The position numbers and the translations under genes were made by a program. Below are positions 44,831 through 60,500 of a stretch of DNA of 64,000 nt, one piece after another. Origin of the DNA: Eledone cirrhosa (lineage: Eukaryota); assembly GCA_964016885.1 (NCBI GenBank), contig OZ024749.1:14322001-14386000 (forward strand), read 5' to 3'. The notes below the pieces were generated by a model. The model saw nothing but the letters and a program-made list of their open reading frames with translations, did no database searches and was not told where the DNA came from. Within the stretch, counting starts at the first letter, position 1, and every line of letters starts with the position of its first letter.

Positions 44831-47800
44831 CAGGTGTACCACACATACTATATGGCACAGGTCTTCCACACATACTATATGGCACAGGTCTTCCACACAT
44901 ACTATATGGCACAGGTGTCCCACACATACTATATGGCACAGGTCTGTCACACATACTATATGGCACAGGTCTGCCACACATACTATATGGCACAGGTGTA
45001 CCACACATACTATATAGCACAGGTGTCCCACACATACTATATGGCACAGGTCTGCCACACATACTATATGGCACAGGTGTCCCACACATACTATATGGCA
45101 CTGGTCTTCCACACATACTATATGGCACAGGTCTGCCACACATACTATATGGCACAGGTCTGCCACACATACTATATCGCACAGGTCTTCTACACATACT
45201 ATATGGCACAGGTCTGCCACACATACTATATGGCACATGTCTTCCACACATACTATATGGCACAGGTCTTCCACACATACTATATGGCACTGGTCTTCCA
45301 CACATACTATATGGCACAGATCTGCCACACATACAATATGGCACAGGTCTTCCACACATACTATATGGCACAGGTCTTCCAGACATACTATATGGCACAG
45401 GTCTCCCACACATACTATATGGCACAGGTCTTCCACACATACTATATGGCACAGGTCTGCCACACACACTATATGGCACATGTCTTCCACACATACTATA
45501 TGCCACTGGTCTTCCACACATACTATATGGCACAGGTATGCCACACATACTATATGGCACAGGTGTGCCAAACATACTCTATGGCACTGGTCTGCCACAC
45601 ATACTATATGGCACAGGTGTGCCACACATACTATAAGGCACAGGTCTGTCACACATACTATATGGCACAGGTCTGTCACACATGCTATATGGCACAGGTC
45701 TTCCACACATACTATATGTCACAGGTCTTCCACACATACTATATGGCACAGGTGTGCCACACATACTATATGGCACAGGTGTGCCACACATACTATATGG
45801 CACAGGTCTGCCACACATACTATATGGCACAGGTCTGTCACACATACTATATGGCACAGGTGTCCCACACATACTATATGGCACAGGTCTTCCACACATA
45901 CTATATGGCACAGGTCTGTCACACATACTATATGGCACAGGTCTGCCACACATACTATATGGCACATGTGTGCCACACATTCTATATGGCACAGGTCTGT
46001 CAAACATACTATATGGCACAGGTCTGCCACACATACTATATGGCACATGTGTGCCACACATACTATATGGCACAGGTCTGTCACACATACTATATGGCAC
46101 AGGTCTTCCAGACATACTATATGGCACATGTGTCCCACACATACTATATGGCACAGGTGTCCCACATACTATATGGCACAGGTCTGCCACACATACTATA
46201 TGGCACATGTCTTCCACACATACTATATGGCACATGTCTTCCACACATAATATATGGCACAGGTCTTCCACACATACTATATGGCACATGTGTCCCACAC
46301 ATACTATATGGCACAGGTCTTCCACACATACTATATGGCACATGTGTGCCACATATACTATATGGCACAGGTCTGGCACACATACTATATGGTACAGGTG
46401 TGCCACATATACTATATAGCACAGGTCTGTCACACATACTATATGGCACAGGTGTGCCACAGATACTATATGGCACAGGTCTTCCACATATACTATATGG
46501 CACAGGTCTTCCACACATACTATATGGCACAGGTGTACCACATATACTATATGGCACAGGTGTACCACACATACTATATTGCACAGGTGTACCACACATA
46601 CTATATGGCACAGGTCTTCCACACATACTATATGGCACAGGTGTACCACACATACTATATGGCACAGGTCTGTCACACATACTATATGGCACAGGTCTGC
46701 CACACATACTATATGGCACAGGTGTCCCACACATACTATATGGCACAGGTCTTCCACACATACAATATGGCACAGGTCTGTCACACATACTATATGGCAC
46801 AGGTGTGCCACACATACTATATGGCACAGGTCTGCCACACATACTATATGGCACAGGTCTTCCACACATACTATATGGCACAGGTGTGCCACACATACTA
46901 TATGGCACAGGTCTGTCACACATACTATATGACACAGGTCTCCCACACATACTATATGGCACAGGTCTCCCACACATACTATATGGCACAGGTCTGTCAC
47001 ACATACTATATGGCACAGGTCTTCCACACATACTATATGGCACAGGTCTGCCACACATACTATATGGCACAGGTTTGTCACACATACTATATGGCACAGG
47101 TCTGTCACACATACTATATGGCACAGGTCTTCCACACATACTATATGGCACAGGTCTGTCACACATACTATATGGCACAGGTCTTCCACACATACTATAT
47201 GGCACATGTATGCCACACATACTATATGGCACAGGTCTGCCATACATACTATATGGCACAGGTGTGCCACATATACTATATAGCACAGGTCTGTCACACA
47301 TACTATATGGCACAGGTGTTCCACACATACTATATGGCACAGGTCTTCCACACATACTATATGGCACAGGTCTTCCACATATACTATATGGCATAGGTCT
47401 GTCACACATACTATATGGCACAGGTCTTCCACATATACTATATGGCACAGGTCTTCCACATATACTATATGGCACAGGTCTGTCACACATACTATATGGC
47501 ACAGGTCTTCCACACATACTATATGGCACAGGTGTACCACATATACTATATGGCACAGGTGTGCCACACATACTATATGGCACAGGTGTGCCACACATAC
47601 TATATGGCACAGGTCTGCCACACATACTATATGGCACAGGTCTGCCACATATACTATATGGCACAGGTCTACCACACATACTATATGGCACAGGTCTGCC
47701 ACACATACTATATGGCACAGGTGTGCCACACATACTATATGGCACAGGTGTTCCACACATACTATATGGCACAGGTGTACCACACATACTATATGGCACA

Positions 47801-50800
47801 GGTGTGCCAAACATAGTATATTGCACAGGTCTGCCACACATACTATATGGCACAGGTGTGCCACACATACTATATGGCACAGGTGTACCACACATACTAT
47901 ATGGCACAGGTGTGCCACACATACTATATGGCACAGGTCTCCCACACATACTATATGGCACAGGTCTGCCACATACTATATGGCACAGGTCTGCCAAACA
48001 TACTATATGGCACAGGTCTTCCACACATACTATATGGCACAGGTCTTCCACACATACTATATGGCACAGGTCTTCCACACATACTATATGGCACATGTCT
48101 TCCACCCATATTATATGGCACAGGTCTTCCACACATACTATATGGCACAGGTCTTCCACACATACTGTATGGCACAGGTGTCCCACACATACTATATGGC
48201 ACAGGTGTCCCACACATACTATATGGCACAGGTCTTCCACACATACTATATGGCACAGGTGTCCCACACATACTATATGGCACAGGTGTCCCACACATAT
48301 TATATATGGCACAGGTATGCCACACATACTATATGGCACAGGTGTACCACACATACTATATGGCACAGGTCTTCCACACATACTATATGGCACAGGTCTT
48401 CCACACATACTATATGGCACAGGTGTCCCACACATACTATATGGCACAGGTCTGTCACACATACTATATGGCACAGGTCTGCCACACATACTATATGGCA
48501 CAGGTGTACCACACATACTATATAGCACAGGTGTCCCACACATACTATATGGCACAGGTCTGCCACACATACTATATGGCACAGGTGTCCCACACATACT
48601 ATATGGCACTGGTCTTCCACACATACTATATGGCACAGGTCTGCCACACATACTATATGGCACAGGTCTGCCACACATACTATATCGCACAGGTCTTCTA
48701 CACATACTATATGGCACAGGTCTGCCACACATACTATATGGCACATGTCTTCCACACATACTATATGGCACAGGTCTTCCACACATACTATATGGCACTG
48801 GTCTTCCACACATACTATATGGCACAGATCTGCCACACATACAATATGGCACAGGTCTTCCACACATACTATATGGCACAGGTCTTCCAGACATACTATA
48901 TGGCACAGGTCTCCCACACATACTATATGGCACAGGTCTTCCACACATACTATATGGCACAGGTCTGCCACACACACTATATGGCACATGTCTTCCACAC
49001 ATACTATATGGCACTGGTCTTCCACACATACTATATGGCACAGGTATGCCACACATACTATATGGCACAGGTGTGCCAAACATACTCTATGGCACTGGTC
49101 TGCCACACATACTATATGGCACAGGTGTGCCACACATACTATAAGGCACAGGTCTGCCACACATACTATATGGCACATGTCTTCCACACATACTATATGG
49201 CACAGGTCTGTCACACATACTATATGGCACAGGTCTGTCACACATGCTATATGGCACAGGTCTTCCACACATACTATATGTCACAGGTCTTCCACACATA
49301 CTATATGGCACAGGTGTGCCACACATACTATATGGCACAGGTGTGCCACACATACTATATGGCACAGGTCTGCCACACATACTATATGGCACAGGTCTGT
49401 CACACATACTATATGGCACAGGTGTCCCACACATACTATATGGCACAGGTCTTCCACACATACTATATGGCACAGGTCTGTCACACATACTATATGGCAC
49501 AGGTCTGCCACACATACTATATGGCACATGTGTGCCACACATTCTATATGGCACAGGTCTGTCAAACATACTATATGGCACAGGTCTGCCACACATACTA
49601 TATGGCACATGTGTGCCACACATACTATATGGCACAGGTCTGTCACACATACTATATGGCACAGGTCTTCCAGACATACTATATGGCACATGTGTCCCAC
49701 ACATACTATATGGCACAGGTGTCCCACATACTATATGGCACAGGTCTGCCACACATACTATATGGCACATGTCTTCCACACATACTATATGGCACATGTC
49801 TTCCACACATAATATATGGCACAGGTCTTCCACACATACTATATGGCACATGTGTCCCACACATACTATATGGCACAGGTCTTCCACACATACTATATGG
49901 CACATGTGTGCCACATATACTATATGGCACAGGTCTGGCACACATACTATATGGTACAGGTGTGCCACATATACTATATAGCACAGGTCTGTCACACATA
50001 CTATATGGCACAGGTGTGCCACAGATACTATATGGCACAGGTCTTCCACATGTACTATATGGCACAGGTCTTCCACACATACTATATGGCACAGGTGTAC
50101 CACATATACTATATGGCACAGGTGTACCACACATACTATATTGCACAGGTGTACCACACATACTATATGGCACAGGTCTTCCACACATACTATATGGCAC
50201 AGGTGTACCACACATACTATATGGCACAGGTCTGTCACACATACTATATGGCACAGGTCTGCCACACATACTATATGGCACAGGTGTCCCACACATACTA
50301 TATGGCACAGGTCTTCCACACATACAATATGGCACAGGTCTGTCACACATACTATATGGCACAGGTGTGCCACACATACTATATGGCACAGGTCTGCCAC
50401 ACATACTATATGGCACAGGTCTTCCACACATACTATATGGCACAGGTGTGCCACACATACTATATGGCACAGGTCTGTCACACATACTATATGGCACAGG
50501 TCTGCCACACATACTATATGGCACAGGTCTCCCACACATACTATATGGCACAGGTCTGTCACACATACTATATGGCACAGGTCTTCCACACATACTATAT
50601 GGCACAGGTCTGCCACACATACTATATGGCACAGGTTTGTCACACATACTATATGGCACAGGTCTGTCACACATACTATATGGCACAGGTCTTCCACACA
50701 TACTATATGGCTCAGGTCTGTCACACATACTATATGGCACAGGTCTTCCACACATACTATATGGCACATGTATGCCACACATACTATATGGCACAGGTCT

Positions 50801-51560
50801 GCCATACATACTATATGGCACAGGTGTGCCACATATACTATATAGCACAGGTCTGTCACACATACTATATGGCACAGGTGTTCCACACATACTATATGGC
50901 ACAGGTCTTCCACACATACTATATGGCACAGGTCTTCCACATATACTATATGGCATAGGTCTGTCACACATACTATATGGCACAGGTCTTCCACATATAC
51001 TATATGGCACAGGTCTTCCACATATACTATATGGCACAGGTCTGTCACACATACTATATGGCACAGGTCTTCCACACATACTATATGGCACAGGTGTACC
51101 ACATATACTATATGGCACAGGTGTGCCACACATACTATATGGCACAGGTGTGCCACACATACTATATGGCACAGGTCTGCCACACATACTATATGGCACA
51201 GGTCTGCCACATATACTATATGGCACAGGTCTACCACACATACTATATGGCACAGGTCTGCCACACATACTATATGGCACAGGTGTGCCACACATACTAT
51301 ATGGCACAGGTGTTCCACACATACTATATGGCACAGGTGTACCACACATACTATATGGCACAGGTGTGCCACACATAGTATATTGCACAGGTCTGCCACA
51401 CATACTATATGGCACAGGTGTGCCACACATACTATATGGCACAGGTGTACCACACATACTATATGGCACAGGTGTGCCACACATACTATATGGCACAGGT
51501 CTCCCACACATACTATATGGCACAGGTCTGCCACATACTATATGGCACAGGTCTGCCAAA
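44490..51560. repeat. About 3.5-kb tandem duplication (offset 3508, then 3562)
   Basis: ORF pairs 45237/48745 (3508), and 45682/49244, 46254/49816 and 47821/51383 (3562 = 132x27-2). Confidence 0.85.
48278..48306. other. Single 29-bp monomer (+2 expansion of the TA tract)
   Basis: TGGCACAGGTGTCCCACACATATTATATA, the only longer-than-27 monomer I noticed. Confidence 0.85.
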
Positions 51561-54500
51561 CATACTATATGGCACAGGTGTACCACATATACTATATGGC
51601 ACAGGTGTTCCACACATACTATATGGCACAGGTCTGCCACATATACTATATGGCACAGGTCTGCCACACATACTATATGGCACAGGTCTTCCACACATAC
51701 TATATGGCACAGGTCTGCCACACATACCATATGGCACAGGTCTTCCACACATACTATATGGCACAGGTCTTCCACACATACTATATGGCACATGTCTTCC
51801 ACACATACTATATGGCACAGGTCTGTCACACATACTATATGGCACAGGTCTTCCACACATACTATATGGCACAGGTCTTCCACACATACTATATGGCACA
51901 TGTCTTCCACACATACTATATGGCACAGGTGTTCCACACATACTATATGGCACAGGTCTGCCACATATACTATATGGCACAGGTCTGTCACACATACTGT
52001 ATGGTACAGGTCTCCCACACATACAATATGGCACAAGTCTTCCACACATACTATATGGCACAGGTCTTCCACATATACTATATGGCACAGGTCTGTCACA
52101 CATACTATATGGCACAGGACTGTCACACATACTATATGGCACAGGTCTCCCACACATACTATATGGCACAGGTGCACCACATATACTAAATGGCACAGGT
52201 GTTCCACACATACTATATGGCACAGGTCTGCCACATATACTATATGGCACAGGTCTGCCACACATACTATATGGCACAGGTCTTCCACACATACTATATG
52301 GCACAGGTCTGCCACACATACCATATGGCACAGGTCTTCCACACATACTATATGGCACAGGTCTGCCACACATACTATATGGCACAGGTCTTCCACACAT
52401 ACAATATGGCACAGATCTACCACACATACTATATGGCACATGTCTTCCACACATACTATATGGCACATGTCTTCCACACATACAATATGGCACAGGTCTA
52501 CCACACATACTATATGGCACATGTCTTCCACACATACTATATGGCACATGTCTTCCACACATACAATATGGCACAGGTCTTCCACACATACTATATGGCA
52601 CATGTCTTCCACACATACTATATGGCACAGGTCTGCCAAACATACTATATGGCACAGGTCTTCCACACATACTATGTGGCACAGGTCTGCCACACATACT
52701 ATATGGCACAGGTCTGCCACACATACTATATGGCACAGGTCTGCCACACATACTATATAGCACAGGTCTTCCACACATACTATATGGCACAGGTGTACCA
52801 CATATACTATATGGCACAGGTGTTCCACACATACTATATGGCACAGGTGTACCACATATACTATATGGCACAGGTCTTCCACACATACTATATGGCACAG
52901 GTCTTCCACACATACTATATGGCACAGGTGTACCACACATACTATATGGCACAGGTCTTCCACACGTACTATATGGCACAGGTGTGCCACACATACTATA
53001 TGGCACAGGTCTTCCACACATACTATATGGCACATGTGTGCCACACGTACTATATGGCACAGGTCTTCCACACATACTATATGGCACAGGTGTGCCACAC
53101 ATACAATATGGCACAGGTCTTCCACACATACTATATGGCACAGGTCTTCCACAAATACTATGTGGCACAGGTCTGCCACACATACTATATGGCACAGGTC
53201 TGCCACACATACTATATGGCACAGGTCTTCCACACATACTATATGGCACAGGTCTTCCACACATACTATATGGCACAGGTCTGCCACACATACTATATGG
53301 CACAGGTGTGCCACACGCACTATATGGCACAGGTGTGCCACATATACTATATAGCACAGGTCTGTCACGCATACTATATGGCACAGGTCTTCCACACATA
53401 CTATATGGCACATGTGTGCCAAACATACTATATCGCACATGTATGCCACACATATAATATGGCACATGTGTGCCACACATACTATATGGCACACGTCTGT
53501 CACACATACTATATGGCACATGTCTTCCACACATACTATATGGCCCAGGTGTGCCACACATACTATATGGCACAGGTCTGCCACACATACTATATGGCAC
53601 AGGTCTTCCACACATACTATATGGCACATGTCTGCCACACATACTATATGGCACAGGTGTGTCACACGTACTATATGGCACAGGTGTGCCACATATACTA
53701 TATATCACAGGTCTGTCACACATACTATATGGCACTGGTCTTCCACACATACTATATGGCACAGGTGTACCACACATACTATATGGCACAGGTGTACCAC
53801 ACATACTATATGGCACAGGTCTTCCACACATACTATATGGCACAGGTGTACCACACATACTATATGGCACAGGTCTGTCACACATACTATATGGCACAGG
53901 TCTGCCACACATACTATATGGCACAGGTGTCCCACACATACTATATGCCACAGGTCTTCCACACATACAATATGGCACAGGTCTGGCACACATACTATAT
54001 GGCACAGGTATGCCACACATACTATATGGCACAGGTGTGCCACACATACTATATGGCACAGGTCTGCCACACATACTATATGGCACAGGTGTGCCACACA
54101 TACTATATGGCACAGGTCTGTCACACATACTATATGGCACAGGTCTCCCACAAATACTATATGTCACAGGTCTCCCACACATACTATATGGCACAGGTCT
54201 GTCACACATACTATATGGCACAGGTCTTCCACACATACTATATGGCCCAGGTCTGCCACACATACTATATGGCACAGGTTTGTCACACATACTATATGGC
54301 ACAGGTTTGCCACACATACTATATGGCACAGGTCTTCCACACATACTATATGGCACAGGTCAGTCACACATACTATATGGCACAGGTCTTCCACACATAC
54401 TATATGGCACATGTATGCCACAAATACTATATGGCACAGGTCTGCCATACATACTATATGGCACAGGTGTGCCACATATACTATATAGCACAGGTCTGTC

Positions 54501-57500
54501 ACACATACTATATGGCACAGGTGTGCCACACATACTATATGGCACAGGTCTTCCACACATACTATATTGCACAGGTCTCCACATATACTATATGGCACAG
54601 GTCTTCCACATATACTATATGGCACAGGTCTGTCACACATACTATATGGCACAGGTCTTCCACACATACTATATGGCACAGGTGTACCACATATACTATA
54701 TGGCACAGGTGTGCCACACATACTATATGGCACAGGTCTCCCACACATACTATATGGCACAGGTCTCCCACACATACTATATGGCACAGGTCTGCCACAT
54801 ATACTATATGGCACAGGTCTACCACACATACTATATGGCACAGGTCTGCCACACATACTATATGGCACAGGTGTGCCACACATACTATATGGCACAGGTG
54901 TTCCACACATAATATATGGCACAGGTGTACCACACATACTATATGGCACAGGTCTCCCATACATACTATATGGCACAGGTCTTCCACACATACTATATGG
55001 CACAGGTGTACCACATATACTATATGGCACATGTGTACCACACATACTATATGGCACAGGTGTACCACACATACTATATGGCACAGGTCTTCCACACATA
55101 CTATATGGCACAGGTGTACCACACATACTATATGGCACAGGTCTGTCACACATACTATATGGCACAGGTCTGCCACACATACTATATGGCACAGGTGTCC
55201 CACACATACTATATGGCACAGGTCTTCCACACATACAATATGGCACAGGTCTGTCACACATACTATATGGCACAGGTGTGCCACACATACTATATGGCAC
55301 AGGTGTGCCACACATACTATATGGCACAGGTCTGCCACACATACTATATGGCACAGGTGTTCCACACATACTATATGGCACAGGTCTGTCACACATACTA
55401 TATGGCACAGGTCTGCCACACATACTATATGGCACATGTGTCCCACACATACTATATGGCACAGGTGTCCGACATACTATATGGCACAGGTCTGCCACAC
55501 ATACTATATGGCACATGTCTTCCACACATACTATATGGCACAGGTCTTCCACACATACTATATGGCACATGTGTCCCACACATACTATATGGCACAGGTC
55601 TTCCACACATACTATATGGCACATGTGTGCCACATATACTATATGGCACAGGTCTGCCACACATACTATATGGTACAGGTGTGCCACATATACTATATAG
55701 CACAGGTCTGTCACACATACTATATGGCACAGGTGTGCCACACATACTATATGGCACAGGTCTTCCACATATACTATATGGCACCGGTCTTCCACACATA
55801 CTATATGCACAGGTGTACCACATATACTATATGGCACAGGTCTGCCACACATACTATATGGCACAGGTGTACCACATATACTATATGGCACAGGTGTACC
55901 ACACATACTATATGGCACAGGTCTTCAACATATACTATATGGCACAGGTCTTCCACACATACTATATGGCACAGGTGTACCACATATACTATATGGCACA
56001 TGTGTACCACACATACTATATGGCACAGGTGTACCACACATACTATATGGCACAGGTTTTCCACACATACTATATGGCACAGGTGTACCACACATACTAT
56101 ATGGCACAGGTCTGTCACACATACTATATGGCACAGGTCTGCCACACATACTATATGGCACAGGTGTCCCACACATACTATATGGCACAGGTCTTCCACA
56201 CATACAATATGGCACAGGTCTGTCACACATACTATATGGCACAGGTGTGCCACACATACTATATGGCACAGGTGTGCCACACATACTATATGGCACAGGT
56301 CTGCCACACATACTATATGGCACAGGTGTGCCACACATACTATATGGCACAGGTCTGTCACACATACTATATGGCACAGGTCTGCCACACATACTATATG
56401 GCACAGGTCTCCCACACATACTATATGGCACAGGTCTGTCACACATACTATATGGCACAGGTCTTCCACACATACTATATGGCACAGGTCTGCCACACAT
56501 ACTATATGGCACAGGTTTGTCACACATACTATATGGCACAGGTCTGCCACACATACTATATGGCACAGGTCTTCCACACATACTATATGGCACAGGTGTC
56601 CCACACATACTATATGGCACAGGTCTTCCACACATACAATATGGCACAGGTCTGTCACACATACTATATGGCACAGGTGTGCCACACATACTATATGGCG
56701 CAGGTGTGCCACACATACTATATGGCACAGGTCTGCCACACATACTATATGGCACAGGTCTTCCACACATACTATATGGCACAAGTCTGCCACACATACT
56801 ATATGGCACAGGTCTGTCACACATACTATATGGCACAGGTCTTCCACACATACTATATGGCACAGGTCTTCCACACATACTATATGGCACAGGTCTTCCA
56901 CACATACTATATGGCACATGTCTTCCACCCATATTATATGGCACAGGTCTTCCACACATACTATATGGCACAGGTCTTCCACACATACTGTATGGCACAG
57001 GTGTCCCACACATACTATATGGCACAGGTGTCCCACACATACTATATGGCACAGGTCTTCCACACATACTATATGGCACAGGTGTCCCACACATACTATA
57101 TGGCACAGGTGTCCCACACATACTATATGGCACAGGTATGCCACATATACTATATGGCACAGGTGTACCACACATACTATATGGCACAGGTCTCCCACAC
57201 ATACTATATGGCACAGGTCTCCCACACATACTATATGGCACAGGTCTGCCACATATACTATATGGCACAGGTCTACCACACATACTATATGGCACAGGTG
57301 TGCCACACATACTATATGGCACAGGTGTTCCACACATAATATATGGCACAGGTGTACCACACATACTATATGGCACAGGTCTCCCATACATACTATATGG
57401 CACAGGTCTTCCACACATACTATATGGCACAGGTGTACCACATATACTATATGGCACATGTGTACCACACATACTATATGGCACAGGTGTACCACACATA

Positions 57501-60500
57501 CTATATGGCACAGGTCTTCCACACATACTATATGGCACAGGTGTACCACACATACTATATGGCACAGGTCTGTCACACATACTATATGGCACAGGTCTGC
57601 CACACATACTATATGGCACAGGTGTCCCACACATACTATATGGCACAGGTCTTCCACACATACAATATGGCACAGGTCTGTCACACATACTATATGGCAC
57701 AGGTGTGCCACACATACTATATGGCACAGGTGTGCCACACATACTATATGGCACAGGTCTGCCACACATACTATATGGCACAGGTGTTCCACACATACTA
57801 TATGGCACAGGTCTGTCACACATACTATATGGCACAGGTCTGCCACACATACTATATGGCACAGGTGTGCCACACATACTATATGGCACAGGTCTGCCAC
57901 ACATACTATATGGCACAGGTGTGCCACACATACTATATGGCACAGGTCTGTCACACATACTATATGGCACAGGTCTGCCACACATACTATATGGCACAGG
58001 TCTCCCACACATACTATATGGCACAGGTCTGTCACACATACTATATGGCACAGGTCTTCCACACATACTATATGGCACAGGTCTGCCACACATACTATAT
58101 GGCACAGGTTTGTCACACATACTATATGGCACAGGTCTGCCACACATACTATATGGCACAGGTCTTCCACACATACTATATGGCACAGGTGTCCCACACA
58201 TACTATATGGCACAGGTCTTCCACACATACAATATGGCACAGGTCTGTCACACATACTATATGGCACAGGTGTGCCACACATACTATATGGCGCAGGTGT
58301 GCCACACATACTATATGGCACAGGTCTGCCACACATACTATATGGCACAGGTCTTCCACACATACTATATGGCACAAGTCTGCCACACATACTATATGGC
58401 ACAGGTCTGTCACACATACTATATGGCACAGGTCTTCCACACATACTATATGGCACAGGTCTTCCACACATACTATATGGCACAGGTCTTCCACACATAC
58501 TATATGGCACATGTCTTCCACCCATATTATATGGCACAGGTCTTCCACACATACTATATGGCACAGGTCTTCCACACATACTGTATGGCACAGGTGTCCC
58601 ACACATACTATATGGCACAGGTGTCCCACACATACTATATGGCACAGGTCTTCCACACATACTATATGGCACAGGTGTCCCACACATACTATATGGCACA
58701 GGTGTCCCACACATACTATATGGCACAGGTATGCCACATATACTATATGGCACAGGTGTACCACACATACTATATGGCACAGGTCTCCCACACATACTAT
58801 ATGGCACAGGTCTCCCACACATACTATATGGCACAGGTCTGCCACATATACTATATGGCACAGGTCTACCACACATACTATATGGCACAGGTCTGCCACA
58901 CATACTATATGGCACAGGTGTGCCACACATACTATATGGCACAGGTGTTCCACACATAATATATGGCACAGGTGTACCACACATACTATATGGCACAGGT
59001 CTCCCATACATACTATATGGCACAGGTCTTCCACACATACTATATGGCACAGGTGTACCACATATACTATATGGCACATGTGTACCACACATACTATATG
59101 GCACAGGTGTACCACACATACTATATGGCACAGGTCTTCCACACATACTATATGGCACAGGTGTACCACACATACTATATGGCACAGGTCTGTCACACAT
59201 ACTATATGGCACAGGTCTGTCACACATACTATATGGCACAGGTGTCCCACACATACTATATGGCACAGGTCTTCCACACATACAATATGGCACAGGTCTG
59301 TCACACATACTATATGGCACAGGTGTGCCACACATACTATATGGCACAGGTGTGCCACACATACTATATGGCACAGGTCTGCCACACATACTATATGGCA
59401 CAGGTGTTCCACACATACTATATGGCACAGGTCTGTCACACATACTATATGGCACAGGTCTGCCACACATACTATATGGCACATGTGTCCCACACATACT
59501 ATATGGCACAGGTGTCCGACATACTATATGGCACAGGTCTGCCACACATACTATATGGCACATGTCTTCCACACATACTATATGGCACAGGTCTTCCACA
59601 CATACTATATGGCACATGTGTCCCACACATACTATATGGCACAGGTCTTCCACACATACTATATGGCACATGTGTGCCACATATACTATATGGCACAGGT
59701 CTGCCACACATACTATATGGTACAGGTGTGCCACATATACTATATAGCACAGGTCTGTCACACATACTATATGGCACAGGTGTGCCACACATACTATATG
59801 GCACAGGTCTTCCACATATACTATATGGCACAGGTCTTCCACACATACTATATGCACAGGTGTACCACATATACTATATGGCACAGGTCTGCCACACATA
59901 CTATATGGCACAGGTGTACCACATATACTATATGGCACAGGTGTACCACACATACTATATGGCACAGGTCTTCAACATATACTATATGGCACAGGTCTTC
60001 CACACATACTATATGGCACAGGTGTACCACATATACTATATGGCACATGTGTACCACACATACTATATGGCACAGGTGTACCACACATACTATATGGCAC
60101 AGGTTTTCCACACATACTATATGGCACAGGTGTACCACACATACTATATGGCACAGGTCTGCCACACATACTATATGGCACAGGTGTCCCACACATACTA
60201 TATGGCACAGGTCTTCCACACATACAATATGGCACAGGTCTGTCACACATACTATATGGCACAGGTGTGCCACACATACTATATGGCACAGGTGTGCCAC
60301 ACATACTATATGGCACAGGTCTGCCACACATACTATATGGCACAGGTGTGCCACACATACTATATGGCACAGGTCTGTCACACATACTATATGGCACAGG
60401 TTTGCCACACATACTATATGGCACAGGTCTCCCACACATACTATATGGCACAGGTCTGTCACACATACTATATGGCACAGGTCTTCCACACATACTATAT

